Below are positions 37,855 to 47,429 of a stretch of DNA of 64,000 bases, piece by piece (the first letter of the stretch is position 1; each line of letters opens with the position of its first letter). This DNA is from Sphingomonadaceae bacterium. GTDB taxonomy: Bacteria; Chloroflexota; UBA6077. Position numbers and translations under genes: made by a program. Below the pieces are notes generated by a model. That model was not told the origin of the DNA. It worked only from the letters and a program-made list of their open reading frames with translations, and searched no databases. The stretch spans positions 1,345 to 65,344 of the forward strand of contig JBLNDL010000011.1 in assembly GCA_050261575.1 (NCBI GenBank), in the 5' to 3' direction.

Positions 37855-38734
37855 GATCTCCAGTTCCACCAAGACCGTGACCATCTCCCCGGATGGCCCC
37901 ACCATCGTCATCGGAGAGCGGATCAACCCGACCGCCCGCAAGAAGCTGGGAGAGGCCCTGCTGGACGGCAACGTGGAACTCGTTCGCAGGGAGGCGATAT
38001 CCCAAGTGGAGGCGGGTGCCCAGGTCCTCGACGTAAACGTGGGATACCCCGGGGTCGACGAGCCCCGCATGATCCAGGAGGCCGTCAAGGCCGTGATGGA
38101 GAGCGTGGACGTACCCATCTGCCTGGACTCAGCCAACCCCGAGGTGATGGAGGCAGCCCTCGAAGTCTACAAGGGCAAGATCCTCCTCAGCTCTGTCACC
38201 GGAGAGGATCGGAAGCTGGAGCAGATCCTCCCTCTGGTGAAGCGGTACGGCACCGCCGTGGTGGCCCTCACCATGGACGACAGCGGCATCCCCAACGACC
38301 CCGGTGCCCGACTGGAGATAGCCAGGAAGATCGTGGGGCGGGCGGAAGCGCTCGGGATCCCTCGGGCGGACATCATCGTGGACTGCGCCTGCATGACCTG
38401 CTCAACCGACAGCCGCGCCGCCGCCGTCACTTTGGAGGCCATTCGGCTGGTGCGACAGGAACTGGGATGCAACCAGACCCTCGGGGCGAGCAACGTCTCC
38501 TTCGGTCTACCGGAGCGCAAGGTCATCAACGCTGCCTACCTGCCGATGGTCCTTGCGGCGGGTGTGAACTGCCCCATAGTCGACCCCACCGTTCCGGAGA
38601 TCTCCAAGGCCATCCTCGCTTCCGACCTGCTGCTGGGCAAGGACGAGTACGGCATGAACTACCTGAGTGCCTTCCGGGCACGGCAGGCCGCGCTGGAGGC
38701 ATCGAGCCCTACCGACCCGCGAGGCAAGGTGTAG
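37844..38734 (+). CDS. Methyltetrahydrofolate:corrinoid methyltransferase (MeTr; AcsE/MtrH/MtvA-like pterin-binding protein).
   Basis: Pterin-binding TIM barrel (GERINPT ... VNVG ... CLDS ... GASNVSFGLP). Overlaps the lipA stop by 11 nt. Confidence 0.75.
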   Translation: MITEISSSTKTVTISPDGPTIVIGERINPTARKKLGEALLDGNVELVRREAISQVEAGAQVLDVNVGYPGVDEPRMIQEAVKAVMESVDVPICLDSANPEVMEAALEVYKGKILLSSVTGEDRKLEQILPLVKRYGTAVVALTMDDSGIPNDPGARLEIARKIVGRAEALGIPRADIIVDCACMTCSTDSRAAAVTLEAIRLVRQELGCNQTLGASNVSFGLPERKVINAAYLPMVLAAGVNCPIVDPTVPEISKAILASDLLLGKDEYGMNYLSAFRARQAALEASSPTDPRGKV

Positions 38735-38883
38735 GGCTGCCGGAGGAGCTCTCCGGGCCTTGAGGCCACGCCCGCCAGCGTCGAGCCCTGCCGACCCACC
38801 CCACATCGGGACCGGGCGGTGAGGCACGGGGATACTGCCTGCATACCACGATCGGGTTGACAGACTAGCAGAGGGCATCTCAG

Positions 38884-40740
38884 ATGGGACAGTACCGCAT
38901 CAGGTTCCTTCCAGATGGCACCGAAGCCTGGGTTCAGGCCGGCTCGACCTTGCTCGAGGCGGCCGCCGCGGCGCACGTCGCCATCGACGCCCCGTGTGGC
39001 GACAGAGGGATCTGCGGCAAGTGCAAGGTGCGGGTGGAGCCCGCCTGCGACGACAGCGACGCGGCGGCAGGTAACCCGTCCATCTCGTGTCTCGAACCCC
39101 CTACCCTGCCCGAACTCACGTCGATCCAGCCGGAGGAGTTGGCTCAGGGCTGGCGGCTCGCCTGCCAGGCGAGGGTCGCCGGTGACGCCACCGTGACGGT
39201 GCCGGAGCGGGCGCTCCAACCGGCGGTGGTGCCTCTATCTCAGGTCGTCCCGCAGCCCTATGTCAGGAAGCTCTACCTGCAGCTTCCCGAGCCCACGCTG
39301 GAGGATTCCGTCTCCGACGCCACCCGACTTCTTCGCGCCATCTCCGGCAGGATGGCCGATCCCCCGTTGGAGTTGAGCTTGCTCCGCGCGCTGCCCAGGT
39401 TGCTGCCGTCTTCCACTTACAAGGTCACGGCCGTGGCCGTGGGCGATCGGCTGGTCGCCCTGGAGCCCGGTGATACCACATCCCACTGCTACGGCCTCGC
39501 AGTCGATCTGGGAACCACCAGCGTGGTGGTGATCCTGGCGGACCTTCTCACCGGCCGGACCATGGGAGTAGAGACACGGCTCAACCTCCAGGCCAACTAC
39601 GGAGCGGACGTCATCTCCCGCATCACCCACGCCACGACTAGCCCGACGGGGCTCCGCGAGTTGCAGTCGGCGGCCGTCAACTCCATCAACCACGCCCTAC
39701 AGGCCCTGCTCGACCGGACGGGGATCGAGCGAGACCGAATCTACGAGGCCGTCGTGGTGGGGAACAGTTGCATGAACCACCTGCTGCTGGGGATCGACCC
39801 CGCATCCCTGGCGTCGGCTCCGTACCAGCCCGTCGTCTCCGATCCGGTCTCCTGCGAGGCCCACGAGTTGGGCATCGCCATCAACCCTTACGGGCGGGTC
39901 TACACCCTCCCCAACGTGGCCGGTTTCGTGGGCAGCGACACGGTGGCCGTCATCCTCGCCACCGCCATGCACCGGTCCGAGAGGATCCGGCTGGCCATAG
40001 ACCTGGGCACCAACGGCGAGATCGTCCTGGGCAATCGCGACCGGCTGTTGACCTGCTCCACGGCCGCCGGCCCGGCCTTCGAGGGGGCGAGGATCTCCTC
40101 CGGCATGAGGGCCGCCGAGGGGGCCATCGAGCGGGTATGGATTCGCGGAGGCGAGGTGAAGACGCAGGTGATCGGTGGTGGAAGGGCCATCGGTCTCTGC
40201 GGCTCCGGGCTGCTGGATGCCGTGGCTCAGATGCGTGGGGCCGGCATCGTGAACGAGGGAGGTCGGCTGGTCTCCGCCGACGATGCTGGCGAAGGCGTGG
40301 CCCCGGGCCTCCTCCACCGCCTGGTTCGGAACGACGGAACCGACGGGTTCGTCCTCGCCCGCCGGGGCCGCCGGCCGGTGGTGCTCACGCAGGCCGACGT
40401 GCGGGAACTCCAACTGGCCAAGGGGGCTATTCGCGCTGGGATCTCCATCCTGCTGAAGGAGTACGGAATCGGGGAGGAAGACGTGGAGGAGATCCTCCTG
40501 GCAGGGGCCTTCGGCAGCTACGTCAACCCCGCCAGCGCCAAGGCGATCGGGCTAGTGCCTCCCCTGCCCATCGACAGGATCACGGCGGTTGGCAACGCCG
40601 CCGGCCAGGGCGCCGTGATGGCGCTCCTCTCCACCGATCTGCGGGAGCAGGCGACCGTCATCGCCCGCCGCGCCGAGCATGTCGAACTCTCCGCCCGGCC
40701 GGACTTCATGGATCAGTTCGTGGAAGACCTCGGCCTGTAG
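38884..40740 (+). CDS. RACo-type ATP-dependent reductive activator of corrinoid proteins ([2Fe-2S] ferredoxin plus ASKHA/DUF4445 ATPase).
   Basis: N-terminal plant-type ferredoxin CGDRGICGKCKV...C. Long ASKHA-fold C-terminal region (GLAVDLGTTSVVV ... IDLGTNGEIVLG). Confidence 0.8.
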   Translation: MGQYRIRFLPDGTEAWVQAGSTLLEAAAAAHVAIDAPCGDRGICGKCKVRVEPACDDSDAAAGNPSISCLEPPTLPELTSIQPEELAQGWRLACQARVAGDATVTVPERALQPAVVPLSQVVPQPYVRKLYLQLPEPTLEDSVSDATRLLRAISGRMADPPLELSLLRALPRLLPSSTYKVTAVAVGDRLVALEPGDTTSHCYGLAVDLGTTSVVVILADLLTGRTMGVETRLNLQANYGADVISRITHATTSPTGLRELQSAAVNSINHALQALLDRTGIERDRIYEAVVVGNSCMNHLLLGIDPASLASAPYQPVVSDPVSCEAHELGIAINPYGRVYTLPNVAGFVGSDTVAVILATAMHRSERIRLAIDLGTNGEIVLGNRDRLLTCSTAAGPAFEGARISSGMRAAEGAIERVWIRGGEVKTQVIGGGRAIGLCGSGLLDAVAQMRGAGIVNEGGRLVSADDAGEGVAPGLLHRLVRNDGTDGFVLARRGRRPVVLTQADVRELQLAKGAIRAGISILLKEYGIGEEDVEEILLAGAFGSYVNPASAKAIGLVPPLPIDRITAVGNAAGQGAVMALLSTDLREQATVIARRAEHVELSARPDFMDQFVEDLGL

Positions 40741-40810
40741 AGGCGATCGAGTCGTTGTGTAGGGCAGGTCCCCGTGCCGTTCCGCCCCGCCGCGTCATGG
40801 TTTCCAGGAT

Positions 40811-41845
40811 CTACGCGATACCGAGAGCGAAGATGAGTCCGAGGCTGAGGGTCCCCAGGAAAAGGACCGAGAGCACGACCGTGGCGAACACCCTCGGACC
40901 AACGGTCCGCACCGCCGCGAAATCCACCCCCATCCCCAGAGCCACCATGGACACTATCATGATGGCGTTGCTCACGGCCTTCGCGTCCGCGGCCACCGAG
41001 TCGGGGATCAGCCCCACGCTCCGCAGCAATCCGAGGGTGAGGAAGCTGAGCACGAACCACGGAAGCAAGGCGGAGGTCTTTACACGCTGCCCCTCCCTGG
41101 CCACCGACCGGGCAAACAGTAGCCCAAAGAACAATACGATCGGCGCGAGGAATAGCACCCGCACCAGTTTCACCAGCGTCGCCACCTCGCCGCTCGTCTG
41201 GCTGACGGTGAATCCCGCCGCCACCACTTGCGGCACGGCGTAGACCGTGGTCCCGGTCAGCACCCCATACTGGTAGAAGCTGAGATTGAGCAAGGGAACC
41301 AGCAGCGGGAGGGTGAGGACGACGACCACGCCCACCACTGCGGTTAGGGCGATGGACATGGACACGTCCTTCTTGTCCGCCTTGATGGTGGGGGCCACGG
41401 CAGCGATGGCCGAGTTGCCGCAGATGGAGTTGCCCACCGCGATCAGGATCGACAGCTTCTTCCCCAGGCCGAAGGCCCTGCCGATCGTCATGCTGACGAG
41501 GATACCGAGGACGACAGCCAGGCCGATCAGCAGCAGCAGCCGCGGTCCCGCACGGAACATGTCGGCCAGGTTGATGGCTGCCCCCAGCAGCGCCACGCTG
41601 AGCTCCAGCAGTTGCTTGGAGGCGAGGTTCACTCCGGCCTTGGCGGCTGGCGGTTGCCCGACCAGGTTGCGAACGATCATGCCGAGCAGGATCGCCCACA
41701 CGATGGCCTCGAACGCGGTGAAGCGAGCGCCGAGCGACACCGCGACGACGGCGAGGGCCGACAGCAGTCCGAGACCGGGCATGTAGCCCAGCCAGGGCCG
41801 AAGCCGATCACCGGCGAGAAGTCTGGTCCCGTGTATGTCAGCCAC
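40811..41845 (-). CDS. YeiH/UPF0324-family inner-membrane protein (putative sulfate/small-solute exporter).
   Basis: About 10 TM helices. Family-typical segments (AIAAVAPTIKADKKDV, GTTVYAVPQVVAAG). Confidence 0.7.
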   Translation of the reverse strand: MADIHGTRLLAGDRLRPWLGYMPGLGLLSALAVVAVSLGARFTAFEAIVWAILLGMIVRNLVGQPPAAKAGVNLASKQLLELSVALLGAAINLADMFRAGPRLLLLIGLAVVLGILVSMTIGRAFGLGKKLSILIAVGNSICGNSAIAAVAPTIKADKKDVSMSIALTAVVGVVVVLTLPLLVPLLNLSFYQYGVLTGTTVYAVPQVVAAGFTVSQTSGEVATLVKLVRVLFLAPIVLFFGLLFARSVAREGQRVKTSALLPWFVLSFLTLGLLRSVGLIPDSVAADAKAVSNAIMIVSMVALGMGVDFAAVRTVGPRVFATVVLSVLFLGTLSLGLIFALGIA

Positions 41846-41884
41846 TACTATCCTCCAAAACGATCTACTCGTGGAGGTTGAGTT

Positions 41885-41901
41885 TAGCAGCGACTCTGCT
41901 A
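41885..41901. promoter_or_regulatory. LysR-type T-N11-A box in the yeiH/lysR divergent region.
   Basis: TAGCAG-CGACT-CTGCTA perfect inverted repeat in a lower-GC intergenic stretch. Confidence 0.35.
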
Positions 41902-42004
41902 TGATTCCAATGCATGTTCGTTATTGCCATCTGCCCACTCAGGTTATGGATTCCCGACGTATCGTCTCGCTTGGCAGCGTGTTCCTCGGCGCAGGAGGTG
42001 ACGA

Positions 42005-42931
42005 GTGAACCTGAATCAGCTTAAGGTCTTCTGCGAAGTGGTGGAGCGCAAGGGCTTCACCAGGGCCGCCGAGGCGCTCTACCTCACGCAGCCGGCGGTT
42101 TCCCGTCAGGTCCAGGAGTTGGAGCGGACCTACGGCGTGGAACTCTTCGAGCAGATCGGCAAGAGGATCTACCCCACCGAGGCCGGCACCATCCTGTACA
42201 ACTACGCCAAGACCATCTTCCACACCCTGGACGACCTGGGAGTCGAGTTGAACCATCTGAAGGGATTGAAATCCGGCCACCTCCGCATCGCGGCCAGCGC
42301 CACCGCAGGCACCTACCTACTACCCCCACTGCTGGGCAAGTTCAAGCGGAAGTACCCGGGGGTGGAGGTGAGCCTGGAGATCTACAACAGCCAGCAGGTC
42401 GAACAGCGGCTCCTCCTTTACCAGCAGCTCGATCTGGGCGTCACCGAGCGGCCGGTGACCGAGGAGTCTCTCTACTTCGAGAGCTTCGACACAGATCAGT
42501 TGATGGTGATCGTCTCCCCGGATCACCCCTTGGCCGATCGGGGCACCATCTCGGCCACGGACCTTCAAGGGGAGCGGTTCATACTGCGGGAGGTGGGGTC
42601 CGGGACGCGCGCCTTGTTGGAGGAGGAGTTCGCCAGGCTGAATCTGCGGGTCAGGCGCGTGATGGAGCTGGGCAGCACCGCCGCCGTGAAGCAGGCAGTA
42701 GCCGCGGGCCTGGGCGTGTCCGTGGTCTCTAGCAGGTCCATTCAGTTGGAGATGGGTGCCGGCCTATTGCGGGCCCTCCATTGCCCCGACATGCGGCTCG
42801 TGCGCGAGATCCACTACGTTCACCACAGGCACAAGCGCCTCTCTCACGCCGCCACGGCCTTCCTGCAGATCCTGAAGAAGGCGTTCCCAGAGGTCCCGGA
42901 GGAGGCAAAGAACGTGACGCCAGCGGTCTGA
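42005..42931 (+). CDS. LysR-family transcriptional regulator (YeiE-like, divergent from yeiH).
   Basis: N-terminal wHTH (LNQLKVFCEVVERKGFTRAAEALYLTQPAVSRQVQELE) plus LysR substrate-binding domain. Confidence 0.8.
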   Translation: MNLNQLKVFCEVVERKGFTRAAEALYLTQPAVSRQVQELERTYGVELFEQIGKRIYPTEAGTILYNYAKTIFHTLDDLGVELNHLKGLKSGHLRIAASATAGTYLLPPLLGKFKRKYPGVEVSLEIYNSQQVEQRLLLYQQLDLGVTERPVTEESLYFESFDTDQLMVIVSPDHPLADRGTISATDLQGERFILREVGSGTRALLEEEFARLNLRVRRVMELGSTAAVKQAVAAGLGVSVVSSRSIQLEMGAGLLRALHCPDMRLVREIHYVHHRHKRLSHAATAFLQILKKAFPEVPEEAKNVTPAV

Positions 42932-43108
42932 CTCTACACGCTGGGGAGGCCCCTGCCCGGCCGCCGTTGCCTCACCTGGAGTCCGGCCCGCCGGGAGACT
43001 CGCCCCGTCCAGCTCCATCGGGTCCCTGTCTTCAGGCCTGCTCATCGAGAAGCATGGCTGCAACGCATCGCCCGTGAGCCACGGCGCTCTCGTCAGTCTC
43101 CAGCGTGG

Positions 43109-43558
43109 GTGGTGCGAAACGTTCCTCCGGAGGAAGATGTCGTGTCGGGTCCTGGCAGCACGTTTGCCACCATCTGTCGCTACCTGTGGGCCTCCCCCAC
43201 CACCGCCCTCGGGCTGCTCGCGGCGCTGGCTTCCCTCTCCGCGCCGAGGATCCAGGGTCCCATCCTCCTGTGTCGATCTCGTCGCGGCTTTGCCCGCCTG
43301 TTCCTGACTCGGCGCGGCTACTGTGCCATCACCCTCGGCCACCTCGTGCTGATCACCCCCGACGCGACGCCGGAGATCCTGACGCACGAGTACGTTCACG
43401 TGCGCCAGGCGGAGCGATGGGGTCCCCTCTTCCTCCCAGCCTACCTGGCTGCGATGCTCGCCACTCGGGCGAAGGGCAAGGATCCCTACTTGGACAACCC
43501 ATTCGAGGTGGAGGCCCGCCGGCGGGCGCAAGGGGATTCCCCCCTTTCTTCGTCGTGA
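43109..43558 (+). CDS. DUF4157-like putative zinc-metallopeptidase-motif protein (HExxH).
   Basis: GYCAITLGHLVLITPDATPEILTHEYVHVRQAERW resembles the DUF4157 ...AfTvG..I.F...LLAHELtHVvQQ core. Start uncertain. Confidence 0.45.
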   Translation: MVRNVPPEEDVVSGPGSTFATICRYLWASPTTALGLLAALASLSAPRIQGPILLCRSRRGFARLFLTRRGYCAITLGHLVLITPDATPEILTHEYVHVRQAERWGPLFLPAYLAAMLATRAKGKDPYLDNPFEVEARRRAQGDSPLSSS

Positions 43559-43661
43559 ACCGTATGGGATAATGGCCCGGGTTCGGGATCCAGGCCTCGG
43601 GCATTGGAATCCCCGGATACCAGATCTGCCCAGATGGTGAAACCCGACGAGGTTCTACTGA

Positions 43662-46025
43662 ATGCCGCGCAGGCGAACGAGGCGATCCGAGTCCCTGGTC
43701 ACAGCCGAGCTGCCCGTGGTTCCGGTCCGGGACACCGTTCTCTTCCCCCACATGATGAGCCCCCTCTTCGTCGACCGCGACCGCTCCCTTCGTGCCATTG
43801 AGGAGGCGACGATGCGGGGGGGGACGGTCATCATCGTCTCACAGGTGAACTCGGACATCCAGCGCCCCCGACGAGAAGACCTGTACGACGTGGGCACCGA
43901 GGCCATCATCGGCCGGATGCTGAAGATGCCCGAGGGCACCACGAGCGTCCTCGTCCAGGGGCAGCGGCGTGTCAGACTCGAGGCTCTGACGATGGAGGAG
44001 CCCTACCTGATGGCTCAGGTGGCCCCACTCGAGGAGAAGGTGGTGGACCACCAGCCCGGGGGATACACCGTCGAGGCGCTCATGCGGGCGGTGCTGGTGC
44101 TCTTCGAAAAGTGCGTCAAGCTGAGCCACGCCCTGCCCGACGACGCCTACGTCGCCGCGATGAACGTCGACGAGCCTGGCTGGCTCGCCGACCTGGTGGC
44201 GTCTACCATCGATCTTCCTCTCCAGGCACGCCAGGAACTGCTTGAGTTGATGGACCCCGTCGCCCGGCTCCAGAAGGTCAGCATCCACCTGGCCAAGGAG
44301 TTGGACGTTCTGGAGCTGGAGAATCGGATCCACTCCCAGGTTCAGAAGGAGGTCGACCGCTCCCAGCGGGAGTACTTCCTCCGGGAACAGATCAAGGCTA
44401 TTCAGCGGGAGCTGGGCGAGATCGACACCCTTACCCGCGACGCCGCCGAGCTGCAAGAGAAGGTCGGGGCGTCCGGCATGCCCGCCGAGGTGGCAAAGAA
44501 GGCGCAGGCCGAGCTGGACCGGCTGGCCAGTATCCCCTCCGCCTCCCCAGAAGTAGTGGTGATCCGCACCTACGTGGATTGGCTGGTCAACCTACCCTGG
44601 ACCGAAGCGACCGAGGATCGCCTCGATCTTGCCGAGGCGGCGAAGCTGCTGAACAGCAATCACTACGGTCTGGCGAAGGTGAAGGAGCGGATCCTGGAAT
44701 ACATGGCCGTTCGCAAGATGGCCGCCGACACCATGCGAAGCCCGATCCTCTGCTTCGTCGGCCCGCCGGGCGTCGGGAAGACCAGCCTCGGGCAGTCTAT
44801 CGCCCAGGCGCTGGGGCGTAGGTTCGTCCGGATATCCCTGGGAGGGATCCGAGACGAGGCCGAGATCCGAGGCCATCGCCGTACCTACGTAGGGGCGATG
44901 CCGGGGCGTATCGTACAGACTATGCGCACGGCATGCACCGTCAATCCCGTCTTCATGCTGGACGAGATCGACAAGATAGGAATCGACTTCCGAGGCGACC
45001 CCTCCGCGGCGCTGCTGGAAGTCCTCGATCCCGAGCAGAATCGCGCATTCTCCGACCACTATCTCGACGTGCCGTACGATCTCTCGAAGGTGATGTTCAT
45101 CACCACCGCCAACTCCCTGGATCCGGTGCCACCGGCCCTTCGAGATCGGATGGAGGTTATCGAGCTTCCGGGCTACGTCGAGGCGGAGAAGCTGGAGATC
45201 GCCCGCCGGTTTCTGGTCCCGAAGCAGATGGCCGAACACGGCCTGGTGCGGAGAAGGCTTAGTTTCACCACAGATGCCCTGGAGCGGGTGATACGCCACT
45301 ACACCCACGAGGCTGGGGTGCGCAACCTCGAGCGGGAGATAGGATCCATCTGCCGCAAGGTCGCAAGGCGGGTTGCGGAGGGGCATGCCGCCCCATCCGT
45401 CATCACTGCGAAGGCGATACCTCGGTTCCTGGGTCCCGAGAAGTACTTCTACGGCACAGCCGAGGAGCGCGACGAGGTCGGTGTGGCAACCGCCGTCTAC
45501 TGGTCACCCAACGGGGGTGACGTGATGACCATCGAGGTTGCCCTGATGGACGGGAAGGGGAATCTGGTTCTCACCGGCCAACTGGGCGACGTCATGAAGG
45601 AGTCGGCGCAGGCGGCCTTGACCTACTCCCGATCCCGCCGTCGACAGTTGGCCATCCAGGACGGCTTCTACGAGCAGACTGACATCCACGTCCACATCCC
45701 TGCCGGGGCGATACCGAAGGATGGCCCATCCGCCGGGATAACCATAGCCACTGCCCTCATTTCGGCCCTTACCCAGCAGCCGGCCCGCAAGGATGTAGCG
45801 ATGACGGGGGAGATCACCCTTCGGGGCCGGGTGCTGCCGGTGGGGGGCATCCGCGAGAAGGTGCTGGCCGCCCACCGGGCAGGCATCACGACCTTCGTGT
45901 TGCCGCAGAAGAACCTCAAGGATCTGTCCGAGGTCCCGCCTCCGGTGAAACGGCAGCTTCGCTTCGTGGCGGTCGACCACATGGACCAGGTCCTCCCCGT
46001 CGCGCTGTCTGACCGAACCGTGTAG
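43662..46025 (+). CDS. lon: ATP-dependent Lon protease.
   Basis: LON N-domain (PVVPVRDTVLFPHMMSPLFV). AAA+ Walker A GPPGVGKTS. Protease domain with catalytic Ser in DGPSAGIT and Lys. Confidence 0.9.
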   Translation: MPRRRTRRSESLVTAELPVVPVRDTVLFPHMMSPLFVDRDRSLRAIEEATMRGGTVIIVSQVNSDIQRPRREDLYDVGTEAIIGRMLKMPEGTTSVLVQGQRRVRLEALTMEEPYLMAQVAPLEEKVVDHQPGGYTVEALMRAVLVLFEKCVKLSHALPDDAYVAAMNVDEPGWLADLVASTIDLPLQARQELLELMDPVARLQKVSIHLAKELDVLELENRIHSQVQKEVDRSQREYFLREQIKAIQRELGEIDTLTRDAAELQEKVGASGMPAEVAKKAQAELDRLASIPSASPEVVVIRTYVDWLVNLPWTEATEDRLDLAEAAKLLNSNHYGLAKVKERILEYMAVRKMAADTMRSPILCFVGPPGVGKTSLGQSIAQALGRRFVRISLGGIRDEAEIRGHRRTYVGAMPGRIVQTMRTACTVNPVFMLDEIDKIGIDFRGDPSAALLEVLDPEQNRAFSDHYLDVPYDLSKVMFITTANSLDPVPPALRDRMEVIELPGYVEAEKLEIARRFLVPKQMAEHGLVRRRLSFTTDALERVIRHYTHEAGVRNLEREIGSICRKVARRVAEGHAAPSVITAKAIPRFLGPEKYFYGTAEERDEVGVATAVYWSPNGGDVMTIEVALMDGKGNLVLTGQLGDVMKESAQAALTYSRSRRRQLAIQDGFYEQTDIHVHIPAGAIPKDGPSAGITIATALISALTQQPARKDVAMTGEITLRGRVLPVGGIREKVLAAHRAGITTFVLPQKNLKDLSEVPPPVKRQLRFVAVDHMDQVLPVALSDRTV

Positions 46026-46136
46026 GCTCGCGTCCCGCGGATCGTCCGGCGCCAGCGGGCAACTGGCCGTCCTGGGCGGCTCGACTAGAGCGCCTGCCCC
46101 TCGCCAGCCGGAGACCGCAACAGAGAGGAGAACGAC

Positions 46137-46658
46137 ATGGAGAGCGATTTCGAACAACCCCAGGGCGAAGAGATACCGCAGGCCCAACCGGGGCCCGCAC
46201 CTATCACCCAACCGGAGATACAGCTTGCCGGTCCCGCCCGGGCCCGGCTGGCAGCGGTGGTGCAGGCGAGCCAGGTGGAGGTGAGTCTGGGCGCCGCGGG
46301 GGTCGTCGTGGCCGACGAGACAACCATAGACAAAGGTGTCTCCGTGGTGGCCGTGGCGAGGGATCTCACGATGGACAAGGCCGGATCCCAGTGGCTGCTA
46401 ACCGGTCGTGCCAACCTGCAGCAGAGCGGCGCGGGGATCATGATCTCGCAGCAGGTAGATGCTCCGGAAGGCAAGGCGGGAGTGTTGCTGGCGGGCAACG
46501 TGAACGGCAACGTGCAGACGGGGGTGTTGCTGGCAGGCAGGGTCGAGGGCAACGTGCAGACTCTGGTGGATACCGCCGCCGCGGCACGGTTTGGCGCGGC
46601 CTTCGGCGCGGCAGTCGGGATCGCCCTCCTCCTGGGGCGCTTGATGCGGAAACATTGA
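46137..46658 (+). CDS. Hypothetical protein with tandem G/V-rich beta-type repeats (bactofilin-like pattern?) and a C-terminal TM anchor.
   Basis: Repeats GVLLAGNVNGNVQTGVLLAGRVEGNVQT. C-terminal AAFGAAVGIALLLGRLM helix. Confidence 0.4.
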   Translation: MESDFEQPQGEEIPQAQPGPAPITQPEIQLAGPARARLAAVVQASQVEVSLGAAGVVVADETTIDKGVSVVAVARDLTMDKAGSQWLLTGRANLQQSGAGIMISQQVDAPEGKAGVLLAGNVNGNVQTGVLLAGRVEGNVQTLVDTAAAARFGAAFGAAVGIALLLGRLMRKH

Positions 46659-46732
46659 CTGTTAAGTTAGCCAGGTGATAGACTGAACGCCGCCGCCGAT
46701 CTATCTATGGCAGATAGCATAGGAGGGGTGAC

Positions 46733-47296
46733 ATGTACCCTGGCACACCCGCCAACGAAGTCGAGCACGATGCAGATCTGTTTGTCGCCATCGTCGAGAA
46801 GCTGATGACTCAGCGTTTGCTCGACGAGAGCTTCGATCAGCAGGTAACCCCGTCGCAACTGGTGGCGCTGCGCTACCTGTCTCTCAACGAGAGCAGCCTC
46901 ATGAGCGATGTCGCTGAGGGGCTGGGCATCAGCTTCCCTGCAGCCACCAAGACCATCGACCGACTGGTTCGCAAGGGGCTGGCCAGCCGATCGGAGGATC
47001 AGCGCGACCGGCGAGTGGTCCGCATTCGGCTCACGGAAAAAGGGATGTCCCTGGTACAGAACATCTATCGGGAGCGCACCCGCCGTTTCACCGCGGTGCT
47101 GGACAGACTCGACCCTGCCGCCCGAGACGCCCTGCTCCAAGGTATAGAGGGCTTCATCACTTCGGCCATCGGCGACGAGGAGACGGCCCGGTCGGTGTGT
47201 CTCCACTGCGGCAGTGAGCACCACGATAGCTGTCCGGTTAAGGTGGCGTACCTTCGCTTCACTCGCTCGGAGGCGTCCCCCGCTGTAGCCAGTTAG
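46733..47296 (+). CDS. MarR-family transcriptional regulator with a C-terminal Cys/His metal-binding tail.
   Basis: MarR wHTH (SQLVALRYLSLNESSLMSDVAEGLGISFPAATKTIDRLVRKGL). Tail CLHCGSEHHDSCP. Confidence 0.7.
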   Translation: MYPGTPANEVEHDADLFVAIVEKLMTQRLLDESFDQQVTPSQLVALRYLSLNESSLMSDVAEGLGISFPAATKTIDRLVRKGLASRSEDQRDRRVVRIRLTEKGMSLVQNIYRERTRRFTAVLDRLDPAARDALLQGIEGFITSAIGDEETARSVCLHCGSEHHDSCPVKVAYLRFTRSEASPAVAS

Positions 47297-47429
47297 CAGT
47301 TCGTCCGCGTAAAGGTGGCTGTGATCCGACTCCAGCCACCTTCTTTCTCAACTTGACTCACCACAGCAATCCCTGTATTGTCTCCTAACCATCACTTCCC
47401 GCCTCTGCCGCTCGTGAGGTCGCTGCCTC

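Noticed and set aside
39768-41243. 491-aa Arg/Gly/Pro-rich ORF overlapping RACo and yeiH
   Set aside because: Extreme low complexity. Both overlapped genes are domain-supported.
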